64,000 nucleotides of DNA from an uncultured Thermococci archaeon (GTDB lineage: Archaea; Methanobacteriota_B; Thermococci; Methanofastidiosales; B48-G16): NCBI GenBank assembly GCA_964595645.1, contig CAZQQT010000007.1, positions 79,123-143,122 of the forward strand, read 5' to 3'. Below are positions 31,062-40,944 of the stretch, in pieces. The notes beneath the pieces were generated by a model. The model did not search any database. It was not told the origin of the DNA and was given only the letters and a program-made list of their open reading frames with translations. Made by a program: the position numbers and the translations under genes. Positions within the stretch are counted from its first letter, which is position 1. Every line of letters begins with the position of its first letter.

Positions 31062-31703
31062 CTAGTGGGGCTCCACCGTTTTTGCAATGTGTTCCCCGCC
31101 TTTTTCCGGCACGATCCTGAGGAAGAACTGCACTACAGGTCCAATAGCGAGGGCGAAGGCCACCGTCCCCACACCAACTGGTCCCCCAAGGAAAAACCCG
31201 GTAACGAGGACCGAGATCTCGATGGAGTTCCGGACGAACCGGATACTTCTCCCTGTTTTCTTACTCAGTCCCAGCATCAGGCTGTCCCGTGGACCGGCAC
31301 CGAGGTTTGAGTTGATGTATAGTCCCGAGCCGATCCCCACGAAAATCACGCCCCCTGCTAACATGGCAGCCTGCGAGACATAGCCATTCATGTAGGGAAC
31401 GTAGGGATTGATAATATCGATGAAGAACCCGATGAAGAACATATTGAGCAGCGTCCCGATCCCCGGATAGATACCGAGGAAACATGAGAGAATAATGATA
31501 ATAAGCCCGACGAGCTGTGAGATTCTTCCCAGTGTTAACGGCACGTGGTGCGTTACACCGACATGGAACACCCCCCACGGACTCATTCCCAGATCCGCCT
31601 TGAGCATGAAGACAATACCCGCAGCAAACATGAAAAACCCTGCCATGATCTGCACGTAGGCGAGGGGATCTCTGTTATCGAGGTGAAACTTATCCGTGTC
31701 CAT
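31062..31703 (-). CDS. YczE/YyaS/YitT-family membrane protein
   Basis: LGMSPWGVFH, GAGPRDSLM, GGPVGVGT. Confidence 0.9.
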   Translation of the reverse strand: MDTDKFHLDNRDPLAYVQIMAGFFMFAAGIVFMLKADLGMSPWGVFHVGVTHHVPLTLGRISQLVGLIIIILSCFLGIYPGIGTLLNMFFIGFFIDIINPYVPYMNGYVSQAAMLAGGVIFVGIGSGLYINSNLGAGPRDSLMLGLSKKTGRSIRFVRNSIEISVLVTGFFLGGPVGVGTVAFALAIGPVVQFFLRIVPEKGGEHIAKTVEPH

Positions 31704-31996
31704 ACCTCACTTGCAGAGTATATACATTTAAGAGGGTTTGCCCTATCAGTACAGTGAATACTTCTCCTAGTCTATAGTGTAATTTCCCTTCAGATGGTCC
31801 TGGTGCTGAGTACCAACGCTCTCCTTTTTCACGCTTCCAGAGAATATCCTCCATATCAACATTTGAACAAAGAGATGGGTTTTGCTTTTAAATCTATATA
31901 ATTCTACTATTCTATATTTGGAGAAAAATAAACAGCTACCACCCAATAGGATGATTCATCAGTACTTTATTTTTGCACTATTTTATTACCGTACCT

Positions 31997-32251
31997 TCAC
32001 CTATCTAATCCATGATAGATATCCTTTCTGTGCCCTACTGTCACTATAAACACTTTTTTCTCTTCTTTATCTATTTCAAAAATCACTCTGTACTTTCCCA
32101 CTCTCAAACTCCATAGATCGATGCCCTTCAAATGTTTTCCAAAGGACTGAGGAGTTTTTCCTCACTTTTTTTATCTTATTCTGTTCTCATTTTCTTTATC
32201 TACCCTGATAAGAATTTTTACCGCTTCGTCTGAGAGGAACATCTCATGCAT
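31997..32251 (-). pseudogene. RelE/StbE toxin pseudogene
   Basis: MHEMFLSDEAVK...RIR* then, in another frame, GKHLKGIDLWSLRVGKYRVIFEID...VGHRKDIY*. Confidence 0.85.
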
Positions 32252-32252
32252 T

Positions 32253-32438
32253 TTAACACTTATCAGCTATTTTCTCATATTCCTCTAACGAAACAACATC
32301 TCCTTTCTCAATATCTCTCTTACCTCGCCCCACACTCTCCATTAACTCTTTGTCAAAGAGTATACTCAGAATTTCTTCCATCTCCTCGACTTTCATTTTC
32401 AATTCTTTGAACTCTTCTTTTGTAACCTGTACAGACAT
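32253..32438 (-). CDS. Antitoxin partner of the RelE pseudogene
   Basis: 61 aa, LSILFDKELMESV.RG..DI.KG.VVSLEE; directly upstream of relE. Confidence 0.8.
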   Translation of the reverse strand: MSVQVTKEEFKELKMKVEEMEEILSILFDKELMESVGRGKRDIEKGDVVSLEEYEKIADKC

Positions 32439-32639
32439 GCTTCCTCCTTACTACAACACTATTCAAATTTATTTATCATTAGATCCACTCCTCAATAAAA
32501 AAATCTTTTTCCTTCTCGCAGACAGGCTTCTTTCATGTCTCCCACTAATAATTCTTCGCGTCTGTATCTTCTACTAGGTCGTTTTACCCTCTAAAGAGCA
32601 ATAATACTGATTGGGGAATCTCCACAACCGTCGTGTTTC

Positions 32640-32663
32640 AAAAGAAAAGTAAAAAAGAAAAAA
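32640..32663 (-). terminator. Oligo-T terminator of the hom operon
   Basis: T-rich tract on the minus strand directly after the hom stop. Confidence 0.6.
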
Positions 32664-33689
32664 TTAAAACCGTCGGTGAATCTCGAGCATATCGGTGAGC
32701 ATGGCGTACCCAGCAGTGGACGCACCTGCACCGGGTCCTACAACGGTGACGTCACCGGTGACATCGGTCTCAAAGGAAATCGCGTTCAGCACGCCCATGA
32801 CATTTGCCAGCGGATCGGTGAGCGGGATCGGCTCCGGTTTCACCTGTGCTTTTACCTCACCGTCCTCTCGCCACGCCTTGCCGATGAGTTTTATTCGTTT
32901 TCCATCGTTTTTCGCCTGGTTCACATCGTCCAGATTGATATTCGTAATACCTTCACACGGGACATCGTCTAGTTTGACGTTGCCGTCCATGACGGCATTG
33001 GCGAGGATCACGATTTTCGCGAGGGGATCGTGGCCCTCCACATCCGCGGTAGGGTCCGTCTCGGCGTAGCCCTTCTCCTGCGCCTCTGTGAGGACCTCAT
33101 CGTACGCTCGTCCCTCCTCCATGTTGGTGAGGATGTAGTTGGTCGTGCCGTTGAGAATCCCTCTGATACTTCTGATATCGCAGCCCGCAAGATCCCTCGT
33201 GCCGAGGTTGATGGCCGGGGTACCGGAGAGTACCGTCCCTTCGATTCCCATGTACGCGTTGTGTTCCTTAGCGATCTCCATCAGCTCATGGTACTGTAAG
33301 GCGGCGGGGCCTTTGTTCGTGGAGACGATGTGTTTCCCATTTTCCAACGCCGTTCGGTAGTGGGTGAGGCCCGGCTCGCCCGTCTCGATGTTCGTAGGCG
33401 TCGCCTCTACCACGATATCCACATCGGGCTTTTTGATCATCTCAACGCTTTTCAATCCTGTCTGTTCCGCCGGATAATCCTTGATTTTTCCTTTCTCCTC
33501 GTTCATCTTCAGTACCTTACCGAGATCGAGTCCGCTATCATCGTAGATACTCCCTTTCACCACATCGCACACACCGACAACATCGTACTCAAAGCCGTAC
33601 TTCTTCGCCAAGTGCGCTTTCTTCCTGTGCATGATCTCGGCCAGTCCTGTCCCAACAATGCCGAGTCCTATAAAAACTACGTTATACAT
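32664..33689 (-). CDS. hom: Homoserine dehydrogenase (no ACT domain)
   Basis: GLGIVG, TNKGP, GILNGTTNYIL, GYAE.DPTADVEG.D, GPGAG. Confidence 0.95.
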   Translation of the reverse strand: MYNVVFIGLGIVGTGLAEIMHRKKAHLAKKYGFEYDVVGVCDVVKGSIYDDSGLDLGKVLKMNEEKGKIKDYPAEQTGLKSVEMIKKPDVDIVVEATPTNIETGEPGLTHYRTALENGKHIVSTNKGPAALQYHELMEIAKEHNAYMGIEGTVLSGTPAINLGTRDLAGCDIRSIRGILNGTTNYILTNMEEGRAYDEVLTEAQEKGYAETDPTADVEGHDPLAKIVILANAVMDGNVKLDDVPCEGITNINLDDVNQAKNDGKRIKLIGKAWREDGEVKAQVKPEPIPLTDPLANVMGVLNAISFETDVTGDVTVVGPGAGASTAGYAMLTDMLEIHRRF

Positions 33690-34833
33690 TTTTTATCACC
33701 TCTTCTATGTTATCCATCGCCTTTTCTATATTCTCCATTGAGTTTGCGTAAGAAAGGCGTAAATACCCTTCGCCGTAGGTACCAAAAGCCGTTCCAGGTG
33801 TGACAGACACATTCGCTTCCTCCAGGAACCGTTTCCATACCTCTTCACTGGTGCCGTACTGTGAGATATTGGGGAACACGTAGAACGCTCCCTTCGGCAT
33901 GACCGTCGGGATACCCATCTCGTTGAGTCGTTTCACCAGGTACTGCCGTCGTGTATCGTACTCCTTTCTCATTTCCTCTACGCAACTCTGATCACCTTCC
34001 AATGCAGCCAGCGCGGCTCTCTGAGAAACGGCAGGAGCACAGATACTGGTGTAGACGCCGATCATCCCCATGGAGTGAATGATCTCCTTTTTTCCAGCAG
34101 CGTAGCCAATTCGCCATCCCGTCATGGCGTACGCCTTGGAAAACCCATTGATCAGAACACAGCGTTCCTTCATCTCCGGGATGGACGCAATGGAGAAGTG
34201 TTTTTCTCCGTAGATAAGTTTCTCGTAAATTTCGTCGGTAAGTACGAGAAGATCGTTCTCTATCACGATATCAGCAATTTTTCGTAGGTTTTTTTCCGAG
34301 ATCACGCTTCCCGTCGGGTTCGCCGGAGAGTTGAGGATCAAGAGCTTCGTGTTCTCCGTGATTTTTTCCTCGAGATCGTCGGGGGTCAGCGCGAACTTGT
34401 TCTTCTCCTTCACCTGTACCGGCACCACACTAGCATTGAGAAATGCACCGACGTAGATATAGTTGAAGTATCCTGGATCCTGGACGAGCACCTCATCTCC
34501 CGGATCGAGCACCGCCCGCATGAGGAGATCGATGGCATTACCGGCGCCACACGTCACCATGACCTCTTCCTCTGGATCCACGTTCACATTGTTTTCCCGT
34601 GTGAGTTTCTCCGCAATGGCATTTCTCAGCTCGGAGAGTCCAAAGTTCGAGGTGTAGTGTGTGTACTCCGATTCCAGTGCTTCTTTCCCGGCCTCAATAA
34701 TGTGATCCGGCGTATCGAAGTCCGGTTCGCCAATAGAGAGGCTTGTGACCCCCTCGTACTCAGATGCAATGTTGAGAATTTCCTCGAGCATGGAAGGAGG
34801 AGCGTTCTTTATCCGTTCTGCCGTCCATTTCAT
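33682..34833 (-). CDS. PLP-dependent class I/II aminotransferase (aspartate aminotransferase-like)
   Basis: GEPDF, NSPANPTG, DEIY, GFSKAYAMTGWRIG. Confidence 0.95.
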   Translation of the reverse strand: MKWTAERIKNAPPSMLEEILNIASEYEGVTSLSIGEPDFDTPDHIIEAGKEALESEYTHYTSNFGLSELRNAIAEKLTRENNVNVDPEEEVMVTCGAGNAIDLLMRAVLDPGDEVLVQDPGYFNYIYVGAFLNASVVPVQVKEKNKFALTPDDLEEKITENTKLLILNSPANPTGSVISEKNLRKIADIVIENDLLVLTDEIYEKLIYGEKHFSIASIPEMKERCVLINGFSKAYAMTGWRIGYAAGKKEIIHSMGMIGVYTSICAPAVSQRAALAALEGDQSCVEEMRKEYDTRRQYLVKRLNEMGIPTVMPKGAFYVFPNISQYGTSEEVWKRFLEEANVSVTPGTAFGTYGEGYLRLSYANSMENIEKAMDNIEEVIKNV

Positions 34834-34838
34834 TCAAA

Positions 34839-36617
34839 TCACTCCAGTCCCAGCTCTTTCAGTTTTTTCTTGGTGGGATGGCCGTTCTCATCCCAGCCGC
34901 GCAGCTCGTAGTACTGAGAAAGCATCTTCTCAAATCGTTCTTTTCCTATTCTCGCCTCGTCGAGCTCCAGGCTTTCCTCCATAATACGCTGTGGAACCGT
35001 CTCATCCTTTCGCGTCACGCCGTTCTTGATATTGAAGAGTTTTGTGAGATTCCAGATCCGTTCTCCGGTTTGTAAATATTCTTCCTTCGTATAATCAAAG
35101 CCTGTGGCTGTGTTCAGCATCTCTACAAATGTCTCAACGTCCAGTGGTGCAAAATCACAGAGCACAAGCGAGTAGCAACACGCCCGTTCATCCTGTCCCT
35201 CTTTCACGAACTCCGCTCGCCCATCGATACCGTACCGGGGGGTCAAATCTCCTTGTATCTCCGCATTCACAGTCCAGACCCGTTGGTGGCACGCACCGCG
35301 GTCGCTCGTAGCATAGGCCAGTCCCATACCAAAGGCACCACGAGGATCGTAGCCCGGGAACTCCAGTCCTTTGGACTGTATGGCATACTCCGTGCCGCCG
35401 TACTTCTCTGACATTCGCTTCACGCCCTCGGCGAGATCGTCGCCGATACCTTCACGGTACGCGATCTTCCGTATCAACTCCTTCTGGGATTTTGGATCGC
35501 TGAACGTAATATCCGCATCGATAAGACCATTTTTCGCTGCCTCTATGGCAAATGCCACCGCATTCCCGGCAGAGATGGTATCAAGTCCAAGATCGTCACA
35601 GAGATACGAGAGATACGCAACATCTTCGATACTTCCATTGCCACAGTTACTGCCCAGAAGTGCGATGGTCTCGTACTCTGGACCTTCCAGCTCGTACTCT
35701 TCACCATCAAACTCGAATTTTGTCCATTTGCCGCAGGCAATGGGACAGTTGAAACATGATTTATTCTCCTTGACAATTGTATCGTGCATCGTCTCTCCGG
35801 AGATATCCTCCGCATGTTCAAAATTTCCCTGCGAGAAATTGCGGGTCGGGAGCAGCTTATTTTCGTTCACTGGATTGACCCATATGGGTGTCCCGTACTT
35901 CCTCCGCTGGGGAATAAATGAATTTTCATTGATCATGGTGATTGCTTTTTTTACGGCAGCCTTGTATTTCTCCTCATCCGCGTACTTCAGCTTTTTCGTC
36001 CCGTTGATCACGACAGCCTTCAGGTTCTTCGATCCCATCACAGCTCCTGCACCACCTCGTCCGGCGTTGCCGCCTCTGCCACCGTGGACCTGGAGATCCG
36101 TATTGATACACGCAAACTTCACCTGGTTCTCACCGGCCACACCGATGGAGAGTACTCGTCCTTCCTCCTGTAACAGATGTTCTGTATCAAAACAGTTCTT
36201 CCCCCAGAGATGTCCTGCATCCTTTATTTCCACATCATCATCGTTAATCGCAATGTACACTGGATTTTCTGCCTTTCCTTTTATCACAACAAAATCATAT
36301 CCTGCTTTTTTCATTTCTGCACCGAAATACCCACCCACATGTGAATCAAGATACAGCGAGGTGAGCGGTGACTTCGTAACCACACACCAGCGTCCTGAGG
36401 TAGGCGTGAGTGTACCGGTCAATGGCCCTGTGGCAAGAATGAGTACGTTCTCTGGAGAGAGGGGATCCACGACGGGATCGATCTCGTCAAAGAGCATTTT
36501 TGCACCGAGACCTTTCCCACCAATAAACTTTCGAGCGTCCTCTTCATTCAGCTGTTCCCTAGAGACCGTCTCATTCGAGAGGTCTATCGTGAGAATTGTT
36601 CCTGTGTAGCCATACAT
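34839..36617 (-). CDS. aor: Tungsten-type aldehyde:ferredoxin oxidoreductase
   Basis: TKSPLT, GRGGAGAVMGSKNLKA, CFNCPIACG, EYET, DDLGLDTIS, RGACH. Confidence 0.95.
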   Translation of the reverse strand: MYGYTGTILTIDLSNETVSREQLNEEDARKFIGGKGLGAKMLFDEIDPVVDPLSPENVLILATGPLTGTLTPTSGRWCVVTKSPLTSLYLDSHVGGYFGAEMKKAGYDFVVIKGKAENPVYIAINDDDVEIKDAGHLWGKNCFDTEHLLQEEGRVLSIGVAGENQVKFACINTDLQVHGGRGGNAGRGGAGAVMGSKNLKAVVINGTKKLKYADEEKYKAAVKKAITMINENSFIPQRRKYGTPIWVNPVNENKLLPTRNFSQGNFEHAEDISGETMHDTIVKENKSCFNCPIACGKWTKFEFDGEEYELEGPEYETIALLGSNCGNGSIEDVAYLSYLCDDLGLDTISAGNAVAFAIEAAKNGLIDADITFSDPKSQKELIRKIAYREGIGDDLAEGVKRMSEKYGGTEYAIQSKGLEFPGYDPRGAFGMGLAYATSDRGACHQRVWTVNAEIQGDLTPRYGIDGRAEFVKEGQDERACCYSLVLCDFAPLDVETFVEMLNTATGFDYTKEEYLQTGERIWNLTKLFNIKNGVTRKDETVPQRIMEESLELDEARIGKERFEKMLSQYYELRGWDENGHPTKKKLKELGLE

Positions 36618-36621
36618 TCAA

Positions 36622-37566
36622 TCACTTGGGTATTGCTAGATCTGCTGGACCCTGCTCCGACAGTGTAAGCTCGGGGTTAATTTTGTTGATGAAATCCCGT
36701 ATAAGCTGTGCATACTTCACTTTGTCCCGTGCCATATTCGCGAGGAAATCCTCTGAGGTCCACGGCTTGTAGATACCTCCGCCGGCAGCAAGGGTTGTTC
36801 CAGGCTCAATTTTGAAGTAACAGGGAGAAGAAACACGTGCGAGTTCTGCACCTTCCCACATTCTATTAAATCCTCCAAAAGACTCCGAAAGCATTATATG
36901 AACGTCTAATGGCATTTTTGTTGCTTTTCGTATCGATGCAAACATCTGAAGTGGGAGATCGCCCAATGGATTGAATGTGTTCGCTCCTAACTGCTCAAGC
37001 ACCTTCGCACCGGCTGCACTGGCATGTCCAGCGTATATCGATACCTTGAAGACAGTATCTTTCGGGATAATACCATCTTCCCGTAGTTTGGAGAGCAGCC
37101 AGAGAGCTCCTTCATCAGTGGCAAGGAATCCTCTGAATCCAAGCTCGGTACATCGCACAATATCTGCGATGAGGTATGAGAGGTTATCGCTCCCCCGGGT
37201 CCGCATACCAGAGAGAGAACCTTCTGGTGTTGCCAGCTGTCGTCCAATATCCCAGCCCCGGCGTGGTCCGGGTGTAATAATCACTTCCATTTCCTTCTCT
37301 TTTGCCAGTGCCGCAAACTCTTCCAGTTCCTCATCGTCTAGATATGTGGAACCCATCACCGTACTGATCAGTCTGTGCACTGGCACATTACGTTCTTCCA
37401 TCTCGTCTACCAATGCTTCAAGAGTAGAGAGCCGTTCGACTCCAGAGATCTCTATTCGGTAGTTCGCACCATCTGGAAAGGTCAAAGAAGAGGTTGGCAG
37501 TTCGTACAGGTCTCTTCCCGGTACTCCATGTTTCTCCATGGCACTCCTAATTTTCTCTATGTCCAT
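36622..37566 (-). CDS. Uncharacterised TIM-barrel protein (U32-peptidase-like family)
   Basis: FPDGANYRIE, GFRGFL..DEG.L, FKVS, LGANTFN, P.YFK; GGAGG SD; first gene of the operon. Confidence 0.65.
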   Translation of the reverse strand: MDIEKIRSAMEKHGVPGRDLYELPTSSLTFPDGANYRIEISGVERLSTLEALVDEMEERNVPVHRLISTVMGSTYLDDEELEEFAALAKEKEMEVIITPGPRRGWDIGRQLATPEGSLSGMRTRGSDNLSYLIADIVRCTELGFRGFLATDEGALWLLSKLREDGIIPKDTVFKVSIYAGHASAAGAKVLEQLGANTFNPLGDLPLQMFASIRKATKMPLDVHIMLSESFGGFNRMWEGAELARVSSPCYFKIEPGTTLAAGGGIYKPWTSEDFLANMARDKVKYAQLIRDFINKINPELTLSEQGPADLAIPK

Positions 37567-37815
37567 GTATATTCCTCCAAGTTATTTTTCTAAAATTTTT
37601 TATTCTTTACTCCTTTCAATGATATATATGTCTTCTTTGTTTAAATATTTATCCCTTTACTTAACAAACTGAGAAAAAAGCTTTAAAAATCCATAATATA
37701 TAGAAAAGGATTGGATAAGTGCAGTGTTGTCTCTGACTAAAGTAGAAAAATAGAGGGGCATGCTCTCGTTTCATCTATACTTAACGCTTAAATAGACGCA
37801 AATCAATTTTCAACA

Positions 37816-38733
37816 ATGAAACGGCAAAACTGGGCATACCTTTATGCAGCCGGTGCAGTGCTGGCATGGTCAACGGTGGCTTCTGCCTTCAAGATCTCAC
37901 TGCGGTACGTGGATGTGCTCCACCTCCTCCTGTACTCCACGCTGGTATCGAGTACCGTTCTTTTCCTCATTCTCACCGCACAGAGAAAACTCTCCGTGTT
38001 GAAAACCTACACAAGAGAAGAATACGTCCGCTCCGCACTGCTCAGTTTTTTAAGTCCCTTCCTCTACTACATGATCCTTTTCAAAGCGTATTCACTTCTT
38101 CCTGCGCAGGTAGCGCAGCCACTAAACTGTATCTGGCCCATCACCCTTGTGTTACTTTCGATCCCTCTCCTTGGACAGAAGATAGGATTGAAAAGCATCA
38201 CTGCCGTTCTCATAAGCTTCTTTGGCGTGGTGATCGTCGGCACCCGGGGAAACTTCACATCTCCCCAAGGATCGGATCCTCTCGGTGTCTCTCTGGCTGT
38301 GGGATCCTCTGTGATATGGTCCCTTTTCTGGATCTGTAACATGCGAGATTCCCGTGATGAAGTGGCAAAACTCTTCTTAAACTTTTCATTCAGCTTTGTG
38401 TTCGTGATACTCACTATTTTCATCGTGTCGGAGCCTACACTGCCACAGTTCGAGGGACTCATAGGGGTGACGTACGTGGGCATATTCGAGATGGGTGTTA
38501 CCTTTGTCATGTGGTTAAAGGCACTCACCCTCTCAGAAACAACGGCGCAGGTGAGCAACCTCGTATTCCTCTTTCCATTTATCTCGTTGATCTTCATCCG
38601 TCAGATAGTTGGGGAATCAATACTCATCTCAACGGTAGTAGGGCTCATCTTCATCGTCACAGGGATCCTCATCCAACAGTACGCCGGAGTCTCCCAATCG
38701 ACTCTCCGAGAATCTGTTGAAACGGAGAAATAG
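37816..38733 (+). CDS. EamA/DMT transporter
   Basis: About 10 TM in two repeats. Confidence 0.9.
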   Translation: MKRQNWAYLYAAGAVLAWSTVASAFKISLRYVDVLHLLLYSTLVSSTVLFLILTAQRKLSVLKTYTREEYVRSALLSFLSPFLYYMILFKAYSLLPAQVAQPLNCIWPITLVLLSIPLLGQKIGLKSITAVLISFFGVVIVGTRGNFTSPQGSDPLGVSLAVGSSVIWSLFWICNMRDSRDEVAKLFLNFSFSFVFVILTIFIVSEPTLPQFEGLIGVTYVGIFEMGVTFVMWLKALTLSETTAQVSNLVFLFPFISLIFIRQIVGESILISTVVGLIFIVTGILIQQYAGVSQSTLRESVETEK

Positions 38734-38775
38734 GAACAGTCCACGTTTTATATAGTGAAGAAAGTAAGGTCTACC

Positions 38776-39147
38776 ATGGACATAAAAGAGACACTTTCTC
38801 AATACCTGAGAGCACTGGAACATGGAAAGTACGATGAGATTACAGCATTGTTCGCAGAGGATGCCACCGTCACCTCTCCTCTGTATGGAGAGATGGACGC
38901 CGCAACATTCTACAAGGCACTGTTTGAAGATACGCAACAATCGACAATTGCACCGCTACACTTCTTCACCAACGAGAATGCAGGGGCTGCACACTTCCGT
39001 TACGAGTGGATATTGGAGGATGGAACTCCCACTTCGTTCGAATGCGTAGACGTCGTGAAACTTTCTGAAAACGGTAAAATAGTGCACTTAACGATTATTT
39101 ACGATACATATACGATCCGTCAGCAGTTTGAGAAAATGAAAGAGTGA
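38776..39147 (+). CDS. SnoaL/NTF2-like protein
   Basis: LFAEDATV.SP.YG, GKI..L.I.YD. Confidence 0.85.
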   Translation: MDIKETLSQYLRALEHGKYDEITALFAEDATVTSPLYGEMDAATFYKALFEDTQQSTIAPLHFFTNENAGAAHFRYEWILEDGTPTSFECVDVVKLSENGKIVHLTIIYDTYTIRQQFEKMKE

Positions 39148-39452
39148 TCGTTTCTGCGAAACCCTTATATACACAGAAAAGAAATATACTACTGTAGGGA
39201 TTATTAGAAACATGGGGCCTCCCCAACTAAAATATACTTCAATAGGTGGATAAAAGTGGCGAAGAAAAGAAGAACACCTTTTTGGGAGATAGCCACGTCG
39301 GTATGGCAAATAACTGGATTTATTGCCTTCATAATTCTTCAAATATGCATCCCTGTGTTCTACTTCCTTCTCGTCTTCTATTTTAAGAAATTTTTTATAG
39401 GCTAAGAGTATACGAGATGAAGAAAGTTACAAAATAAGAAAAGAAAGAAAAA

Positions 39453-40781
39453 TTACGAGCACGTGATGCCCAAGTTCTCCGCGATCTCTTCACAAAGTTC
39501 GAGCGCTTTCAAGAGTTCATTGTTCGCGTAGATCGTATTCTGTGTCGTGTTCGCGTTATCGAGGTGAGTCTGCATCTCGTCCAGTAACGCTTCGACGTCA
39601 TCTGGTATGTCCTCCGGCAAGTTCTCCTCGATACACGCGTGGTATGTATTCACCTGCGCGAGATGGTAGTTTTTCACCGGCATGAAGGACACAATGGGGT
39701 TGATGAATAGCTCCTCTCCAAGCATTGCGCCGTAGATATCATTTGGATAATTCCTGGCATCCATCCAGACAACGATGTTCTCATAGATTGCTGGATGCCG
39801 TTGAAGATTGTTAGGATAGGTGGCTATGGGAAAGACTGTATACGTTGAGAGATCACGACCGTACAGATCATAATTACTCAACAACCCCGCAGGACCATCC
39901 ATCCAGACGACGATGTCACCATAGATATCCGGATTGTAATGACACATTCCTCCTGTCGTTATCGGAAACTCTGTATGTGTTGAGATGGTATAGCCATAGA
40001 TATCGGAGACCATTGGTCCATTTCTGTGATCCTGCCAGACGACAATATTTCCGTAGATTGCTGGATAGACTTGACCATTCGGATCTGTCGTTATCGGAAA
40101 CTCGCCGACATCATCTCCTGTTCCGATCCTGCCGTCCGGCCCCATGTCGTAGCCGTAGATATCGGGGTTAGCTGACCCATTTCTTTCATCCATCCAGACG
40201 ACGATGGATCCGTAGATTGCTGGATGCCTCTGATGAGATCCACATACTATGCAGAGGGGAATTTCACCGCCATCGTCTCCTGTTCCGAAGAGACCGTCCG
40301 GCCCCATGTCGTAGCCGTAGATATCATCATCTGATGGACCATTTCTATCATCCGCCCACACAATGGTCTTCCCGTAGATCACCGGATGGTACTGACCGCT
40401 CGTATGTGTTGTTACCTGAAACTCCGTATGAGTTGAGAAATTATAGCCGTAAATATTGCAATCTGTCCAGCTACCGGTATCGTCTCTGTAATCTTCCCAG
40501 ACAACGATGTTCTCATGAATTGATGGATTCTGTTGCACACTCGCAGCCGTGCATATGGGGAACTCTGTATTCGTTGAGAGGTTGTATCCGTAGATGTCCT
40601 CATTCGATGGACCATTTCTGTCGTCATACCAGACGACAATATCACCATAGATATCCGGGTCTCTTTGATCGTTTGGATCTGTACATATAGGAAACTCTTG
40701 TACCGTATAGCTCGCCGAAACGATACCAACTAGTGAAATCAACAATAATACTACCAATATTCCTCCTTTTATTTTTCTCAT
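39453..40781 (-). CDS. Secreted beta-propeller repeat cell-surface protein
   Basis: Signal peptide; about 7 repeats of P.IYG.IVVW.D.RNG...DIYGY; helical C-terminal domain. Confidence 0.88.
   Translation of the reverse strand: MRKIKGGILVVLLLISLVGIVSASYTVQEFPICTDPNDQRDPDIYGDIVVWYDDRNGPSNEDIYGYNLSTNTEFPICTAASVQQNPSIHENIVVWEDYRDDTGSWTDCNIYGYNFSTHTEFQVTTHTSGQYHPVIYGKTIVWADDRNGPSDDDIYGYDMGPDGLFGTGDDGGEIPLCIVCGSHQRHPAIYGSIVVWMDERNGSANPDIYGYDMGPDGRIGTGDDVGEFPITTDPNGQVYPAIYGNIVVWQDHRNGPMVSDIYGYTISTHTEFPITTGGMCHYNPDIYGDIVVWMDGPAGLLSNYDLYGRDLSTYTVFPIATYPNNLQRHPAIYENIVVWMDARNYPNDIYGAMLGEELFINPIVSFMPVKNYHLAQVNTYHACIEENLPEDIPDDVEALLDEMQTHLDNANTTQNTIYANNELLKALELCEEIAENLGITCS
40132..40325. repeat. 32-bp perfect intragenic direct repeat
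   Basis: ccgtccggccccatgtcgtagccgtagatatc at 40132 and 40294 (162-bp spacing). Confidence 0.9.
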
Positions 40782-40944
40782 TTGATCACTCTCGAGTATG
40801 AAAATTTAGTATCTTCTATAATTTAATATATAAAAAGATTTCGGTTAATATTGGGTATCTCGCTCTCTGTGGGAAAAAACGATGAGAAAAATATCCTCCC
40901 AAAATCCTTTCCTCCAAAATGTGTCAGTAAAAGACAGCAAGAAC

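Noticed and set aside
30513-31310. 265-aa alternative-frame ORF
   Set aside because: It overlaps two well-supported genes and has non-protein-like composition.
35371-36609. 412-aa plus-strand ORF
   Set aside because: Antisense shadow of aor with no recognisable motifs. The same applies to most short overlapping ORFs in the track.
39700-40700. DGR template/variable repeats or CRISPR-like array
   Set aside because: The repeats are in-frame protein blades, and there is no reverse transcriptase, spacer structure or cas gene.
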